The notes under the pieces: model-generated | The model's input: only the letters and a program-made list of their open reading frames with translations | The model's database searches: none | What the model was told of the DNA's origin: nothing | DNA from: Candidatus Heimdallarchaeota archaeon | GTDB taxonomy: Archaea; Asgardarchaeota; Heimdallarchaeia; JABLTI01 | Reading direction: 5' to 3' | Length of the DNA: 64,000 bases | Assembly: GCA_019056785.1 (NCBI GenBank) | Contig: DXJV01000087.1 | Location: 8,295 to 72,294, forward strand | Translations under genes and position numbers: made by a program | Part shown: positions 1 to 8,622 of the stretch, piece after piece | How positions within the stretch are numbered: the first letter of the stretch is position 1 | How the letters are laid out: every line of letters starts with the position of its first letter

Positions 1-583
1 GGCCGGCAAAATGAATGATGAGCAGCTCTACCAGATAGCCGGAAAAGCCATTCACCTTGATATCCGCACCATAAACGCCTATTCCCTTCATGAACTGTTT
101 CAGCAGCCGCACCTCATCATTTCCGCCGACGGGGAGGTGGGTTAAAACGAACTTTTTATGCAGCGGGCTCCTGTCTACAGGGCTACGCAAAGGTCGTCCT
201 TGTTGATATTCATAACAAGGAATGATTTCTACCTGCACATTGTGGTAATAAGTAAATAAATAGGGGTGCTGCGCATGCCGTTTTTCCCACTCGAGTGACA
301 ACTTTTGGCGGATGACCCGAAGCACCTCCTCAGGGTTAAAAGGGCTATCATAGGGAAGAATAAGAAATAAATCAATATCCCGCGTGCCGGCCAACCAGGT
401 ATCGCGAGAAAAGGAACCTGTCAATTCTATACGAGCGGTTATACCCGCCTTTTTAAGAATAATGCTGATTTTTCCTTTTAGATCGTCTACCAGCTTTTTG
501 AGAGTCGCAACTTCTTTTTTTGACGGATGAATTCTTTTCAGTACTTCCATTTGAACTTGTTCGGCTAATTTTTCAGAGATCAT
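1..583 (-). CDS. cca: CCA-adding enzyme (archaeal class I tRNA nucleotidyltransferase), N-terminal ~194 aa; rest of gene lies beyond the window edge
   Basis: Reverse ORF open to position 1, absent from the track because truncated. ATG at 581-583. My translation is MISEKLAEQVQMEVLKRIHPSKKEV...ELTGSFSRDTWLAGTRDIDLFLILP, i.e. the G-S-x-x-R-x-T-W...D-I-D nucleotidyltransferase motif of archaeal CCA enzymes. It is adjacent to thpR, as is common in archaea. Confidence 0.8.
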   Translation of the reverse strand, partial: MISEKLAEQVQMEVLKRIHPSKKEVATLKKLVDDLKGKISIILKKAGITARIELTGSFSRDTWLAGTRDIDLFLILPYDSPFNPEEVLRVIRQKLSLEWEKRHAQHPYLFTYYHNVQVEIIPCYEYQQGRPLRSPVDRSPLHKKFVLTHLPVGGNDEVRLLKQFMKGIGVYGADIKVNGFSGYLVELLIIHFAG

Positions 584-605
584 TTTTTTCACCAACAATT
601 AGTTC

Positions 606-1190
606 CTACAATGATTCTGCTGTGCGTTCGAAGAGCGTGGAATAGCGTGGCCCTTGTTGTGTAAGAACACTCTTTTTCAGTTTGAATTTTGTAATAGTTG
701 TTGTTCCAAAGACATGATGTTCCATTGCACGTATTTTTTCCACAAGTAAAGCTTTATTATTTGTTCGTTTCAATCGCCCAATTGTTAGATGAGCTTTAAA
801 TGCTCGACGCTCCTTTTTCACATTGAATGGTGCACATATCTGCTCGAGTTTTGTAGCCAGCGTTTTTAAAGGCTCGAATCCTTGTATGACGCCAATATAA
901 ATGGCATTAATATAACTAAAGGATGGGAGACAGCCCACGCCTTGCAACTCGAGGGTAAATGGTTCAAAGGTTATCTTCTCTGCAGCTTTCTGAAGCTCGG
1001 GGACGATACTTTCATCGATATCGCCAAGAAACTTGAGTGTGAGGTGAAGGTTGTTTGGTTCCACGAATTTTATGCGCGTTTCCGGTAAGGCCAGCTCTTT
1101 TTGCACTTCGACAATCTTTCTTTTCAGCTCTTTATCGTCGATATCTATGGCAAAGAATGCACGAATACTACTACTCATACTTGCCATCAT
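606..1190 (-). CDS. thpR: RNA 2',3'-cyclic phosphodiesterase / 2'-5' RNA ligase family (2H phosphoesterase)
   Basis: 194 aa with the two H-x-T-x motifs of the 2H superfamily (HLTLKF and HLTIGR) at typical spacing. Confidence 0.85.
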   Translation of the reverse strand: MMASMSSSIRAFFAIDIDDKELKRKIVEVQKELALPETRIKFVEPNNLHLTLKFLGDIDESIVPELQKAAEKITFEPFTLELQGVGCLPSFSYINAIYIGVIQGFEPLKTLATKLEQICAPFNVKKERRAFKAHLTIGRLKRTNNKALLVEKIRAMEHHVFGTTTITKFKLKKSVLTQQGPRYSTLFERTAESL

Positions 1191-1313
1191 CTCAAGGGAT
1201 GCTTTGTTATTTGGATTTGATTCATTAATATTTAATTAACTTTTAGTGAAAAACTAATTTCATAGAACAGTTTTTATTCTGGAACTGTAGAAAAGAGCTC
1301 AAAGAGAAATAGA

Positions 1314-1754
1314 GTGAGAATTATGCCTTTTAAGATTCGCGCCATCACCAGGCATTATCCTACAGAAGATCCGAAAAAAATCCGAAAAGCCTTGACAGCC
1401 CTCCTTGAAGGCGAAGTCGAACAAGAAAGCCACGGAGAAGACCACTTTTTGTACGTTGAACGAACGGACTATAAAGCTCTTGATAAATTACATGAAATGA
1501 TTCGCAAGCAAAAAATCCTTGATGTCGCACGAAAAGCACTGCGAAATGGTAGAGTAGAGAATTCCACTGTCTTCTTTCTTAACAAGCAAGCAGCATTCAC
1601 AGGGAAGATCAATTTCTGCGATGAATTTGGGGAGTCCCCCTTAGGGCCAATCCGAATTGAAATTGAAGATGACAACTTGAGTGAACTCATCGATTGGCTG
1701 ACTCCTTACACGAAAAATGGTGTCGAAGTGAAACTTGTTTCTCGTTTTCCCTAA
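1314..1754 (+). CDS. UPF0201 / COG1325-type RNA-binding protein (predicted exosome-associated)
   Basis: About 145 aa with an N-terminal HYPTEDPKKIRKAL segment resembling the P-T-E-D motif I recall for UPF0201 proteins. GTG at 1314; the first ATG at 1323 is an equally good start. Confidence 0.55.
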   Translation: MRIMPFKIRAITRHYPTEDPKKIRKALTALLEGEVEQESHGEDHFLYVERTDYKALDKLHEMIRKQKILDVARKALRNGRVENSTVFFLNKQAAFTGKINFCDEFGESPLGPIRIEIEDDNLSELIDWLTPYTKNGVEVKLVSRFP

Positions 1755-1769
1755 AAGGGTGTTTTACTT

Positions 1770-2720
1770 TTACATCTGCTCCCGGTCCAATTCTTTACGG
1801 TCCAATAAAATTTCCAAGCCATCGTAAGCAACGAGTGCTTCAGGGAATTCTTCGCGAGCTTGTGCAGTTAAAAGGCTATCATCTTTATGTCGGGGAGAAA
1901 TATGTGTTAAAATAAGACGCTTCGCCTCTGCTTTGGCGGCTATTTTTGCTGACCATCTTGCTGTCGAGTGCAGCTTTTCTCTCGCCAAGTCAGTCTTTTC
2001 ATCGCTAAAGGTTGCTTCCATAATGAGTACATCTGCTCCTGCGGCAAAGGTTGCAAACGCTTCTGGGTCATACAAACCATCCGAGCCTATGACTATTTTG
2101 AATCCTCGCCGTTTCTTCCCTAAAACCATATCTGGAGAGATAACTTTGTTGTCACTTGAGAGCACGGCTTTCCCTTGTTGAAGCTCACGCCATTTTGGTC
2201 CTCGCGGGACCTTATAAGCCAGGGCTTTTTCTTTATTGAATCGCCCCAAACGGTCTTTTTCTATATAGGCATACGCCAGTGTATAGACGGAGTGAAGAAC
2301 GCTTTTGGCAAAAATCCGGTAGTCAACTCCCTCACAAACAAACCCTTCTTCTGTTATCTCGAATAAATCAATGGGAAAATTGAACCCCAGATTTTCGTCA
2401 GCGCTGAAAATACCAGTAAAGAGTTGTTTAATACCAAAGGGGCCATAAATGGCTAGTGGAGCTGTTCGCCCTTGCTGTTTCATTGTATGCAGTAAACCGA
2501 AAATCCCAAAATAATGGTCACCATGAAAATGACTAAAGAAGATCTTGGTTATTTTCTGCATTTTGATATTAAATTTCATCATTTGGTATTGTGCTCCTTC
2601 CCCACAATCAAAGAGGAAAATCTCTCCATTCTCTCGCTGAAGGGCAAGACTCGAGAGAAACCGCTCTTTTTGTGGCACCGCTGCAGAGGTTCCTAAAAAG
2701 ACAAGTCGTAGACGGCTCAT
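1770..2720 (-). CDS. rnz: Ribonuclease Z (tRNA 3' endonuclease, metallo-beta-lactamase fold)
   Basis: N-terminus LVFLGTSAAVP; FDCGEG; SHFHGDH zinc motif; C-terminal LILTHISPR. Length of 316 aa is typical of short-form RNase Z. Confidence 0.9.
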   Translation of the reverse strand: MSRLRLVFLGTSAAVPQKERFLSSLALQRENGEIFLFDCGEGAQYQMMKFNIKMQKITKIFFSHFHGDHYFGIFGLLHTMKQQGRTAPLAIYGPFGIKQLFTGIFSADENLGFNFPIDLFEITEEGFVCEGVDYRIFAKSVLHSVYTLAYAYIEKDRLGRFNKEKALAYKVPRGPKWRELQQGKAVLSSDNKVISPDMVLGKKRRGFKIVIGSDGLYDPEAFATFAAGADVLIMEATFSDEKTDLAREKLHSTARWSAKIAAKAEAKRLILTHISPRHKDDSLLTAQAREEFPEALVAYDGLEILLDRKELDREQM

Positions 2721-3853
2721 TGTTTTCTGAAGACTCCTATAGTTCTAGTTAGAGACCTATGAATGTAAATTTTTTCTGACACTTCTTGATAAAAACCATG
2801 AGCTTCTGCCGGTTGTTGGATAGGAATTTCAGAAAGGATGCTGATGGAAACAGTTCCGTTGCGCTTCACCAGTGTCGCCGCCTGAGCAAAAAAATCCTCG
2901 AGTAAGGGGACGATCTTTTGACCAAAAGTTGAGGTTGAACGCCCATAGGGAGGGTCAGTGACTATCGCATGGAGCCGTTGGTTATGCAAAGGAATTTTCC
3001 GTGCATCTCCCACTAGTAAACTATAATCACTTGTTGGAGCGAAATGCTGGAGATTTTTTGCAGCACCGGCGACCATTTTTGGGTCAATGTCCATACCAAT
3101 CATTCTTAACCCCATCATTGCCCCTTCAATCAATATCCCTCCAGGTCCACAGAAGGGGTCGAGAACATACCCCGTGCTACTCGCTTGAGTGAGATTAACC
3201 ATTAGTCTTGCAAACCGTGGCTCGAGTGTCCCTGGTTTAAAGAATGGTCGCAAATCCGGACGCCGAGCAGCAAAGACACCTTTTACTTGTGCGAATTCTT
3301 CAACACCAAATAAATAGCGCTCCTTTGTAAAAAGTAAGACAAAAGTTACTGCAGGTTCTTTCACATCCACATGTATTTTTCCTTTCAGCGCTGTAAAAAT
3401 GCTTTTTCCAATTGCTGCTTCGAGAGGAGGTGAGAGCAAATGCTTTGAAGCATTCACAATTCGATACACACGTACAAGGAATGATGGTTGCTTATGCACA
3501 ACCCGAAGGAAATCTATTGAGCTTGTGAGTTCCTTCACAATGGCATCATAGCTCTTATCCTTAGCTGTTCCCCTAAATAGTAATCGCATAACGCGTCGAC
3601 AATAGGCTGCACGTTCTGCCACTCTTTTCGCGACAGCTGGTGTACACTTGACAATTATGCAGCTTGGTAACTCCTCTTCAATGTGGAATGGTTCTTGCTC
3701 ACTTTTCAAAATTGATTTGATCTCTATAGCCGGAAGGGTTGGATGATTTGCTGCCAAATGGAAAAAATGGTAGAAAAGCTCCTTAGTTTTTTTGCTTTCT
3801 TTTTCTTCTGCTTCTGGGGTAATATGTTCTGCAACGCCCATTCGTATGTGCAA
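2717..3853 (-). CDS. trm11: tRNA (guanine10-N2)-methyltransferase, THUMP-domain (Trm11/Trm-G10 family)
   Basis: N-terminal THUMP-like half; C-terminal SAM methyltransferase with LDPFCGPGGILIEGA and the DPPYGRS catalytic motif. TTG at 3853; the ATG at 3841 (MGVAEH) is an alternative start. Overlaps rnz by 4 nt. Confidence 0.8.
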   Translation of the reverse strand: MHIRMGVAEHITPEAEEKESKKTKELFYHFFHLAANHPTLPAIEIKSILKSEQEPFHIEEELPSCIIVKCTPAVAKRVAERAAYCRRVMRLLFRGTAKDKSYDAIVKELTSSIDFLRVVHKQPSFLVRVYRIVNASKHLLSPPLEAAIGKSIFTALKGKIHVDVKEPAVTFVLLFTKERYLFGVEEFAQVKGVFAARRPDLRPFFKPGTLEPRFARLMVNLTQASSTGYVLDPFCGPGGILIEGAMMGLRMIGMDIDPKMVAGAAKNLQHFAPTSDYSLLVGDARKIPLHNQRLHAIVTDPPYGRSTSTFGQKIVPLLEDFFAQAATLVKRNGTVSISILSEIPIQQPAEAHGFYQEVSEKIYIHRSLTRTIGVFRKQ

Positions 3854-3861
3854 CCTTGTCG

Positions 3862-4749
3862 CTAGTCGTCTTTCTTAAGGTGTTCGTAAATTATTGGCGC
3901 AAGTGGAATGATAGAATAAGCTGAAGGGAGGGAATCGGTTCCTACTAAGGCTTCTGCCCCTGCAGCCAGGATGCGTTTATCCGCTTCACCCACGAGCATC
4001 ATGTGGGTGCTTGCAACAAATACCCGCCCTACCTCTTGTTCCTGCAATAAAGCAACTGCTTTTGCAATTGTTCCTCCCGTTCGGATCACTTCATCTGCAA
4101 TAATCACATCTCGACCTTTAACAGCAATTTCATGTGAGTAAAGAGTTGTTTCACCTGTTTTGGGGTCGCGCTTTTTTTCAAAATAGTCCGTTTCAGTTTG
4201 TAATATTTCGCCAATTATTGCGGCACGTTTTTTCGCTCCAAAATCAGGCGCTAAAACAAGGGGATTATTAAGGGGTAATTTTTTGAAATACTCACCAAAA
4301 GCACGCATTGCTGTGATATTCTGATAAAAGGTTTCTCGTCCCTTTAGTACTTCTGGATTGTGTATATCAACCACCATTAGTCGTTTTGCAGGTGTCGCCT
4401 CGATCATCTTGAAAACATTGAAAATACTGACAACCTCACCTGGAAGGATCCGCCGGTCCTTTGCAGAATAAGCCAGATAGGGTGTCACTAGAGTTATGTC
4501 TCGCGCACCAAATTCGAAGGCAGTATATGTAATTTGCAACAGACTGATAAGGTTTGAATCTTGTGGTCGCGCGAGAGACTGAACGATAATAGTTTCTTCC
4601 TCACAATGCTCTTTTGAAAAAATCAAGTCTCTTTCGCCATCAGGGAAAAATTTAGCAGTAACCGCAATATGTTCAGCTTTCAATAAATTTGCTAATTGTT
4701 CACCTATAACCGGTTGCCCCGGACCAGAAATTACTGTTGTCATATCCAT
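3862..4749 (-). CDS. prs: Ribose-phosphate pyrophosphokinase
   Basis: 295 aa with FPDGE near the N-terminus, VVDIH, and the PRPP-binding loop VIIADEVIRTGGT. Confidence 0.9.
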   Translation of the reverse strand: MDMTTVISGPGQPVIGEQLANLLKAEHIAVTAKFFPDGERDLIFSKEHCEEETIIVQSLARPQDSNLISLLQITYTAFEFGARDITLVTPYLAYSAKDRRILPGEVVSIFNVFKMIEATPAKRLMVVDIHNPEVLKGRETFYQNITAMRAFGEYFKKLPLNNPLVLAPDFGAKKRAAIIGEILQTETDYFEKKRDPKTGETTLYSHEIAVKGRDVIIADEVIRTGGTIAKAVALLQEQEVGRVFVASTHMMLVGEADKRILAAGAEALVGTDSLPSAYSIIPLAPIIYEHLKKDD

Positions 4750-4866
4750 TTACCAGCAATCTTCAGTTATACTCACATTAACTAACATTATAATTGTTTT
4801 AAAAATCATCGCAAAAAGTTGATTCCTTCAAATGACCAATCGAAGGCGGCTTTTTCTTTTTTTTTC

Positions 4867-5148
4867 CTATTCTTGTTTTGCGGGACGATAAAGGATGATA
4901 GTCTTACCTCGTTTTTCGACTAATTGTGATTGCGTTTTTTTAGTGATGGTCTGAATATCCACTTGTAGGTTTTCGCTTTCGAAATTTTGGAGGAATTTCA
5001 CTTTAATGAGTGTATGACTTGCCAGTTGGTGATCGATCGCCGTAAAAATTGCCTCTGTCAAGCCATGCTTCCCAACATTCACTTTTGCAGGCTGGTTCCA
5101 AATTGGTAGCAATTGTTCTTTAAGTGCTCGCTTCAAGTTCTTTGTCAT
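4867..5148 (-). CDS. YhbY/CRM-domain RNA-binding protein
   Basis: 93 aa. GKHGLTEAIFTAIDHQLASHTLIKVKF matches the CRS1/YhbY signature (GK.G....v...i...L..heLiKv). Confidence 0.75.
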   Translation of the reverse strand: MTKNLKRALKEQLLPIWNQPAKVNVGKHGLTEAIFTAIDHQLASHTLIKVKFLQNFESENLQVDIQTITKKTQSQLVEKRGKTIILYRPAKQE

Positions 5149-5246
5149 CGCCTATTTCATCCTTTGTGCTCAATTATTTCAGGATGGTTTTTCTTGACTG
5201 TTGTAAATAAACTTGTTTCCAATTATGATATTACTCTTATAGAGAA

Positions 5247-5324
5247 GGGTGGTGCCCTAGAAGATGAAAAAAGCGGCCTTCACTTTTCCCATCTCTTTTT
5301 ACGGGGACTTTGAGAGCACCACCC
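5247..5324 (-). terminator. Long imperfect hairpin closed by a perfect 9-bp GC-rich stem, directly after the stop codon of the 5327..6190 gene
   Basis: GGGTGGTGC (5247-5255) pairs with GCACCACCC (5316-5324). Inner pairing CTAGAAG/CTTTGAG and an A6/T5 helix. On the - strand the interior contains GGCCGCTTTTTT. Confidence 0.35.
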
Positions 5325-5326
5325 AC

Positions 5327-6190
5327 TTAAGATGGCCTGTTGTTTTTTCTGTTTGGATCAAGGGTCTTTGACTGAGGAGTGGGTTCCAGCCGTTGTACGG
5401 CTTGGGCGGTATAGGCAGTAACTTTGATGTAAAAACCGATAAGCATCAATAATGGGCCGGTAACCCAAGTGACAATTGCTAAGGAAGGGAAGAGATAGGG
5501 TGAGAATGTGACAAAGGAGTCTATTAAAAACAATAATAATCCTAGAATAATCGTTGAAAAGCCGATTATGAAAAAGCCTATGCGTTTTTTTGCCTGGGGA
5601 TTTTCTAATTTGAAGTAAGTTATGGTTAACAAGATCGCTCCGAAAATAACCAATGCAGCTGGAATTAACTGGACAAATGACTTTCCCAAAAGATTATCTG
5701 TGGTTTTATATCCTCCAACGCCATCCGGCACAACCCAGTCATTTAAAACGCCAAAAGAAATCATCACAATGGCTAATATTGTTGCACCAAGATAAAGCAA
5801 CCAATGAATTGCTTCTGCACCAAAGTAAATACCAATGGATGCGATAAAGAGGAACAACGCACTTAAAATCCCGGCTGCAACACAAATGTTTCGGAGGATA
5901 TTTGCTGCCGCAAGTGAACTATAGGCAATGGTAAAAGTAAGGCCGTTAAACAAAAGAGAAATCGACCAGCAAATAAAACCTGAAGCGAATAGTTGATTTA
6001 ATCGTTTCCGGGGATTTTTTAGGAGAAACGACAAACTGAGAACTATTGATATTATTCCTGCACTAATCCATGCCACCGAGGTAAAGAAATTGAAGGTCGT
6101 CATCATTTTTACTGAATCCACTCGCATAAGATAATTCAGAGTGGAGTATTTAAAAGGCCCCGATCGAAATAATTGCAGAAAAAAAGACAA
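5327..6190 (-). CDS. Polytopic membrane protein (about 7 hydrophobic helices), function unknown
   Basis: Seven hydrophobic stretches of about 20-25 aa by eye, with a short polar C-terminal tail. The true start is probably the internal MMTTFNFF (about 28 codons downstream of the listed start). No catalytic motif recognised. Confidence 0.6.
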   Translation of the reverse strand: MSFFLQLFRSGPFKYSTLNYLMRVDSVKMMTTFNFFTSVAWISAGIISIVLSLSFLLKNPRKRLNQLFASGFICWSISLLFNGLTFTIAYSSLAAANILRNICVAAGILSALFLFIASIGIYFGAEAIHWLLYLGATILAIVMISFGVLNDWVVPDGVGGYKTTDNLLGKSFVQLIPAALVIFGAILLTITYFKLENPQAKKRIGFFIIGFSTIILGLLLFLIDSFVTFSPYLFPSLAIVTWVTGPLLMLIGFYIKVTAYTAQAVQRLEPTPQSKTLDPNRKNNRPS

Positions 6191-6312
6191 AAAAAGACCT
6201 TTTTTCTAAAAAACAGCTGTTTTGCCGTAAGCAATCAAACGTGACCTTTTGTGTGCGATTTTGTCTTATTTTCGGGGTTTAAAAAAAGAGACTAGAATAG
6301 TATTTCGGTGCC

Positions 6313-6337
6313 AACTTTGAGAAAAACACTCAAAGTT
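6313..6337. promoter_or_regulatory. Perfect 9-bp inverted repeat with 7-nt spacer in a divergent intergenic region (candidate operator or leader hairpin)
   Basis: AACTTTGAG-aaaaaca-CTCAAAGTT. It lies 42 nt upstream of the ATG at 6379. No T-run follows on either strand, so it is not terminator-like. Confidence 0.3.
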
Positions 6338-6378
6338 CCTTGTAAGATCGCCAGATAGAAGCGATTGGTGAGAAAAAT

Positions 6379-6636
6379 ATGTATAAAGAAACTATTCATT
6401 TACTCGACAAACAGTCCGATAAAAAGCAAATTGTAGATGAGCACAAGGATGATACGCCTTTGCAAAAGAAACAGTCCGGTTTGGTTTTCCTGGAAATTCT
6501 CTGCCCTCAGACGAAACAACGATTAAATTCACGCAATTGCCACAAATGCAAGCATAAAAAAATTCTCTATAGACAACACCCGCGAGGGCAAATTTTGGAA
6601 ACGATTATCTGCAACTTTCATGATGAAACAGACTAA
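6379..6636 (+). CDS. Small basic Cys/His-containing hypothetical protein
   Basis: 85-aa ORF with C-x13-C-H-K-C-K-H ... C-N-F-H. No family recognised, and coding status is uncertain. Confidence 0.35.
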   Translation: MYKETIHLLDKQSDKKQIVDEHKDDTPLQKKQSGLVFLEILCPQTKQRLNSRNCHKCKHKKILYRQHPRGQILETIICNFHDETD

Positions 6637-6725
6637 GTATTCATCAAGCCAGCACATTAACTGCTGTGTTTTTAAACGATAATTGAGACTATTTTCCAAA
6701 TATCCTTTGAAGGGTCAGGGCAAAC

Positions 6726-8177
6726 ATGAAACTTAGAATAAGTGAGAGCAAATTACGAAAAGCGGTTATTGGAACGACTGTTTTTAATGGCCTCCTCTTA
6801 GTCACCTATATTTTTCACCTCATTACCCTTATGGTGAATGAGACCTATACTTTGTTTATTCTATCGTTACCCTCTTATCTTCTCAGCCGCAGCTGGCTTC
6901 TCTTGATTGGGTTATTTGGCCTAGAAAGTCTGTTGTTGGTCTATTATTGGTTCAAGAGCAAAAATGCCCCTTCCACCCGAGAAACTCAAGCCGAAGCAAC
7001 CCTTCCTGAAACTTTTGACATAGACAAACTCTTAGAGGAAGACAACGAGCAATTGGATTTGGTTGAAAATGAAGCACTAACCTCGAGAGAAACCATAACT
7101 GATTCCAATAATCCTGAACCAGATTATAGACCAATCGAACAAGAGCCATTACAAGACGAACCCTCTCAGGAGCCTTTAGAAGTTTATCAAAGCGCTCTAG
7201 ATGAGATGGATACAGATGATCCGACAATCGAACTTGAGTTTGACAAATTGTGGGAAGAAGCAATTAAACATGTTCGAAGTGCTGCGATTAAAAAAAAAGC
7301 TGGTCTGATGCAAACGTCTGAAAAACCAAAGCCTATTGAAGCAAAACCAGTACGACCTCTCGTTGCACGCTCTATGAAAGAATTTACCGGGAAAAAAACA
7401 ATTGCTAAGGACCCCTCTCTTGAAAATCCCTTATCACGGGCGCTTATTCGCAAGTCTAAATTGAAGCCAAAACAATTAGTGTTCAATCCTTCTCTCATCC
7501 GGGATGAACATCGCGAATTTTATAATGAAATTGCTTTAAACAATTGGATTTATCGTGACAGCCACGACCGCAAGCGTGTTGGCATTTTTAAAACAGCTTT
7601 GGATGAGACACGTTTTCAAGAGGTTGATATTTCCTATCTCTTTGAAGCAGGCGTTCTTCATAAGCTCTTGATTCCCTTCCCTTCAGGCTCATTTATAGTC
7701 TATAGCATCAATACTGATGAGGACAAGAAAATCGTTAGGAATATTTTAGCGAAGTTATGTAAACAGCACAATGTTATTTTGGGACGAAAAAACGTTGCTT
7801 TTGTTAACTACGCTGATTTAGGGGTTGAACGCAAGGATTGGCGATTTGATTTTACCATCGACCAGCGATTTTTAGGCATGATTTGGATTAGCAACTTTCT
7901 CGTTGAAGATGATTTTACCGCCACCTACTCTCTTTCTTTTCAACATAAGAAGGAATTAAAAGCTCTTTTCGCCGCCACACAAGTATTGGCTAACAGCCAT
8001 CAGTTCCAACCAATGATCATCACCGATTATTCCTGTAATAAACAGATCATTCAAAACCACATAGAACAGCAAGGATTTGGCCAGGCAATTATTCTCCCCT
8101 TTGGTGAGAAGCCATTTCTGAAACAATTTTTGGGATTACTCAAAGGAAAAAGATCTGTTCTTTCCTCAGAAGGTTAG
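6726..8177 (+). CDS. Membrane-anchored hypothetical protein: N-terminal TM helices, acidic disordered linker, ~230-aa C-terminal globular domain
   Basis: 483 aa. It has 2-3 hydrophobic helices in residues ~15-75, then a D/E/P/Q-rich low-complexity region (~80-170) and a K-rich region. A mixed alpha/beta-looking C-terminal domain follows. No motif recognised. Confidence 0.6.
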   Translation: MKLRISESKLRKAVIGTTVFNGLLLVTYIFHLITLMVNETYTLFILSLPSYLLSRSWLLLIGLFGLESLLLVYYWFKSKNAPSTRETQAEATLPETFDIDKLLEEDNEQLDLVENEALTSRETITDSNNPEPDYRPIEQEPLQDEPSQEPLEVYQSALDEMDTDDPTIELEFDKLWEEAIKHVRSAAIKKKAGLMQTSEKPKPIEAKPVRPLVARSMKEFTGKKTIAKDPSLENPLSRALIRKSKLKPKQLVFNPSLIRDEHREFYNEIALNNWIYRDSHDRKRVGIFKTALDETRFQEVDISYLFEAGVLHKLLIPFPSGSFIVYSINTDEDKKIVRNILAKLCKQHNVILGRKNVAFVNYADLGVERKDWRFDFTIDQRFLGMIWISNFLVEDDFTATYSLSFQHKKELKALFAATQVLANSHQFQPMIITDYSCNKQIIQNHIEQQGFGQAIILPFGEKPFLKQFLGLLKGKRSVLSSEG

Positions 8178-8226
8178 AAAGAGGGGGAAGAAAAGGAGTG
8201 AGGGAAGAAAAGAGAGGATGGTGAGA

Positions 8227-8490
8227 TCACTCTGAATCTCGGATATTTTCTAAGATGGAAATTATTTTCCAAATTAATGTACGAGCATGAACAGGACAAT
8301 TTGGGTCCAGGCTAGTTTCCTCTAAAATGCTTGTAGCAATATTTGCTCGGATTGCCGGCGACGGTTCTTGATCAACATTACTGAGTGTTGCCAGAGCATC
8401 ACTTGCGCTTCGACGGATATTACGAGGAACACTAGTATCTTCACTAATATCTTTTAAAATTCTAAGAGCCATTTCTTCATCTTCAGACAT
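8227..8490 (-). CDS. UPF0147 family protein
   Basis: From the internal ATG (8488-8490) the sequence reads MSEDEEMALRILKDISEDTSVPRNIRRSA...DPNCPVHARTLIWKIISILE. This matches my recollection of the archaeal UPF0147 signature (SVPRNIRR ... DPN.P.H.RT.IW). The longer track ORF (to 8622) adds an implausible hydrophobic extension. Confidence 0.65.
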   Translation of the reverse strand: MSEDEEMALRILKDISEDTSVPRNIRRSASDALATLSNVDQEPSPAIRANIATSILEETSLDPNCPVHARTLIWKIISILENIRDSE

Positions 8491-8622
8491 ATTTCCATCA
8501 CCTTTAGTTCCATGAAAAACGAAATTTAAAACGTTCAATGAAAGGCAAACAATCAAGGTTATATGAATATTACTATAGCTAAAAAAAAGCCTCTGATAAG
8601 GGCAAAGAAGTTTTTTTACCAT

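Noticed and set aside
1-600. Slightly higher GC at both window ends (also 63550-64000), as a possible sign of foreign DNA.
   Set aside because: Both regions encode conserved core enzymes (CCA-adding enzyme, IorA). The difference is modest and judged only by eye, so it is consistent with ordinary gene-to-gene variation.
8491-8622. N-terminal 44-aa extension of the UPF0147 ORF.
   Set aside because: The extension is hydrophobic and Cys-rich and unlike the family. The internal ATG gives the typical ~88-aa protein.
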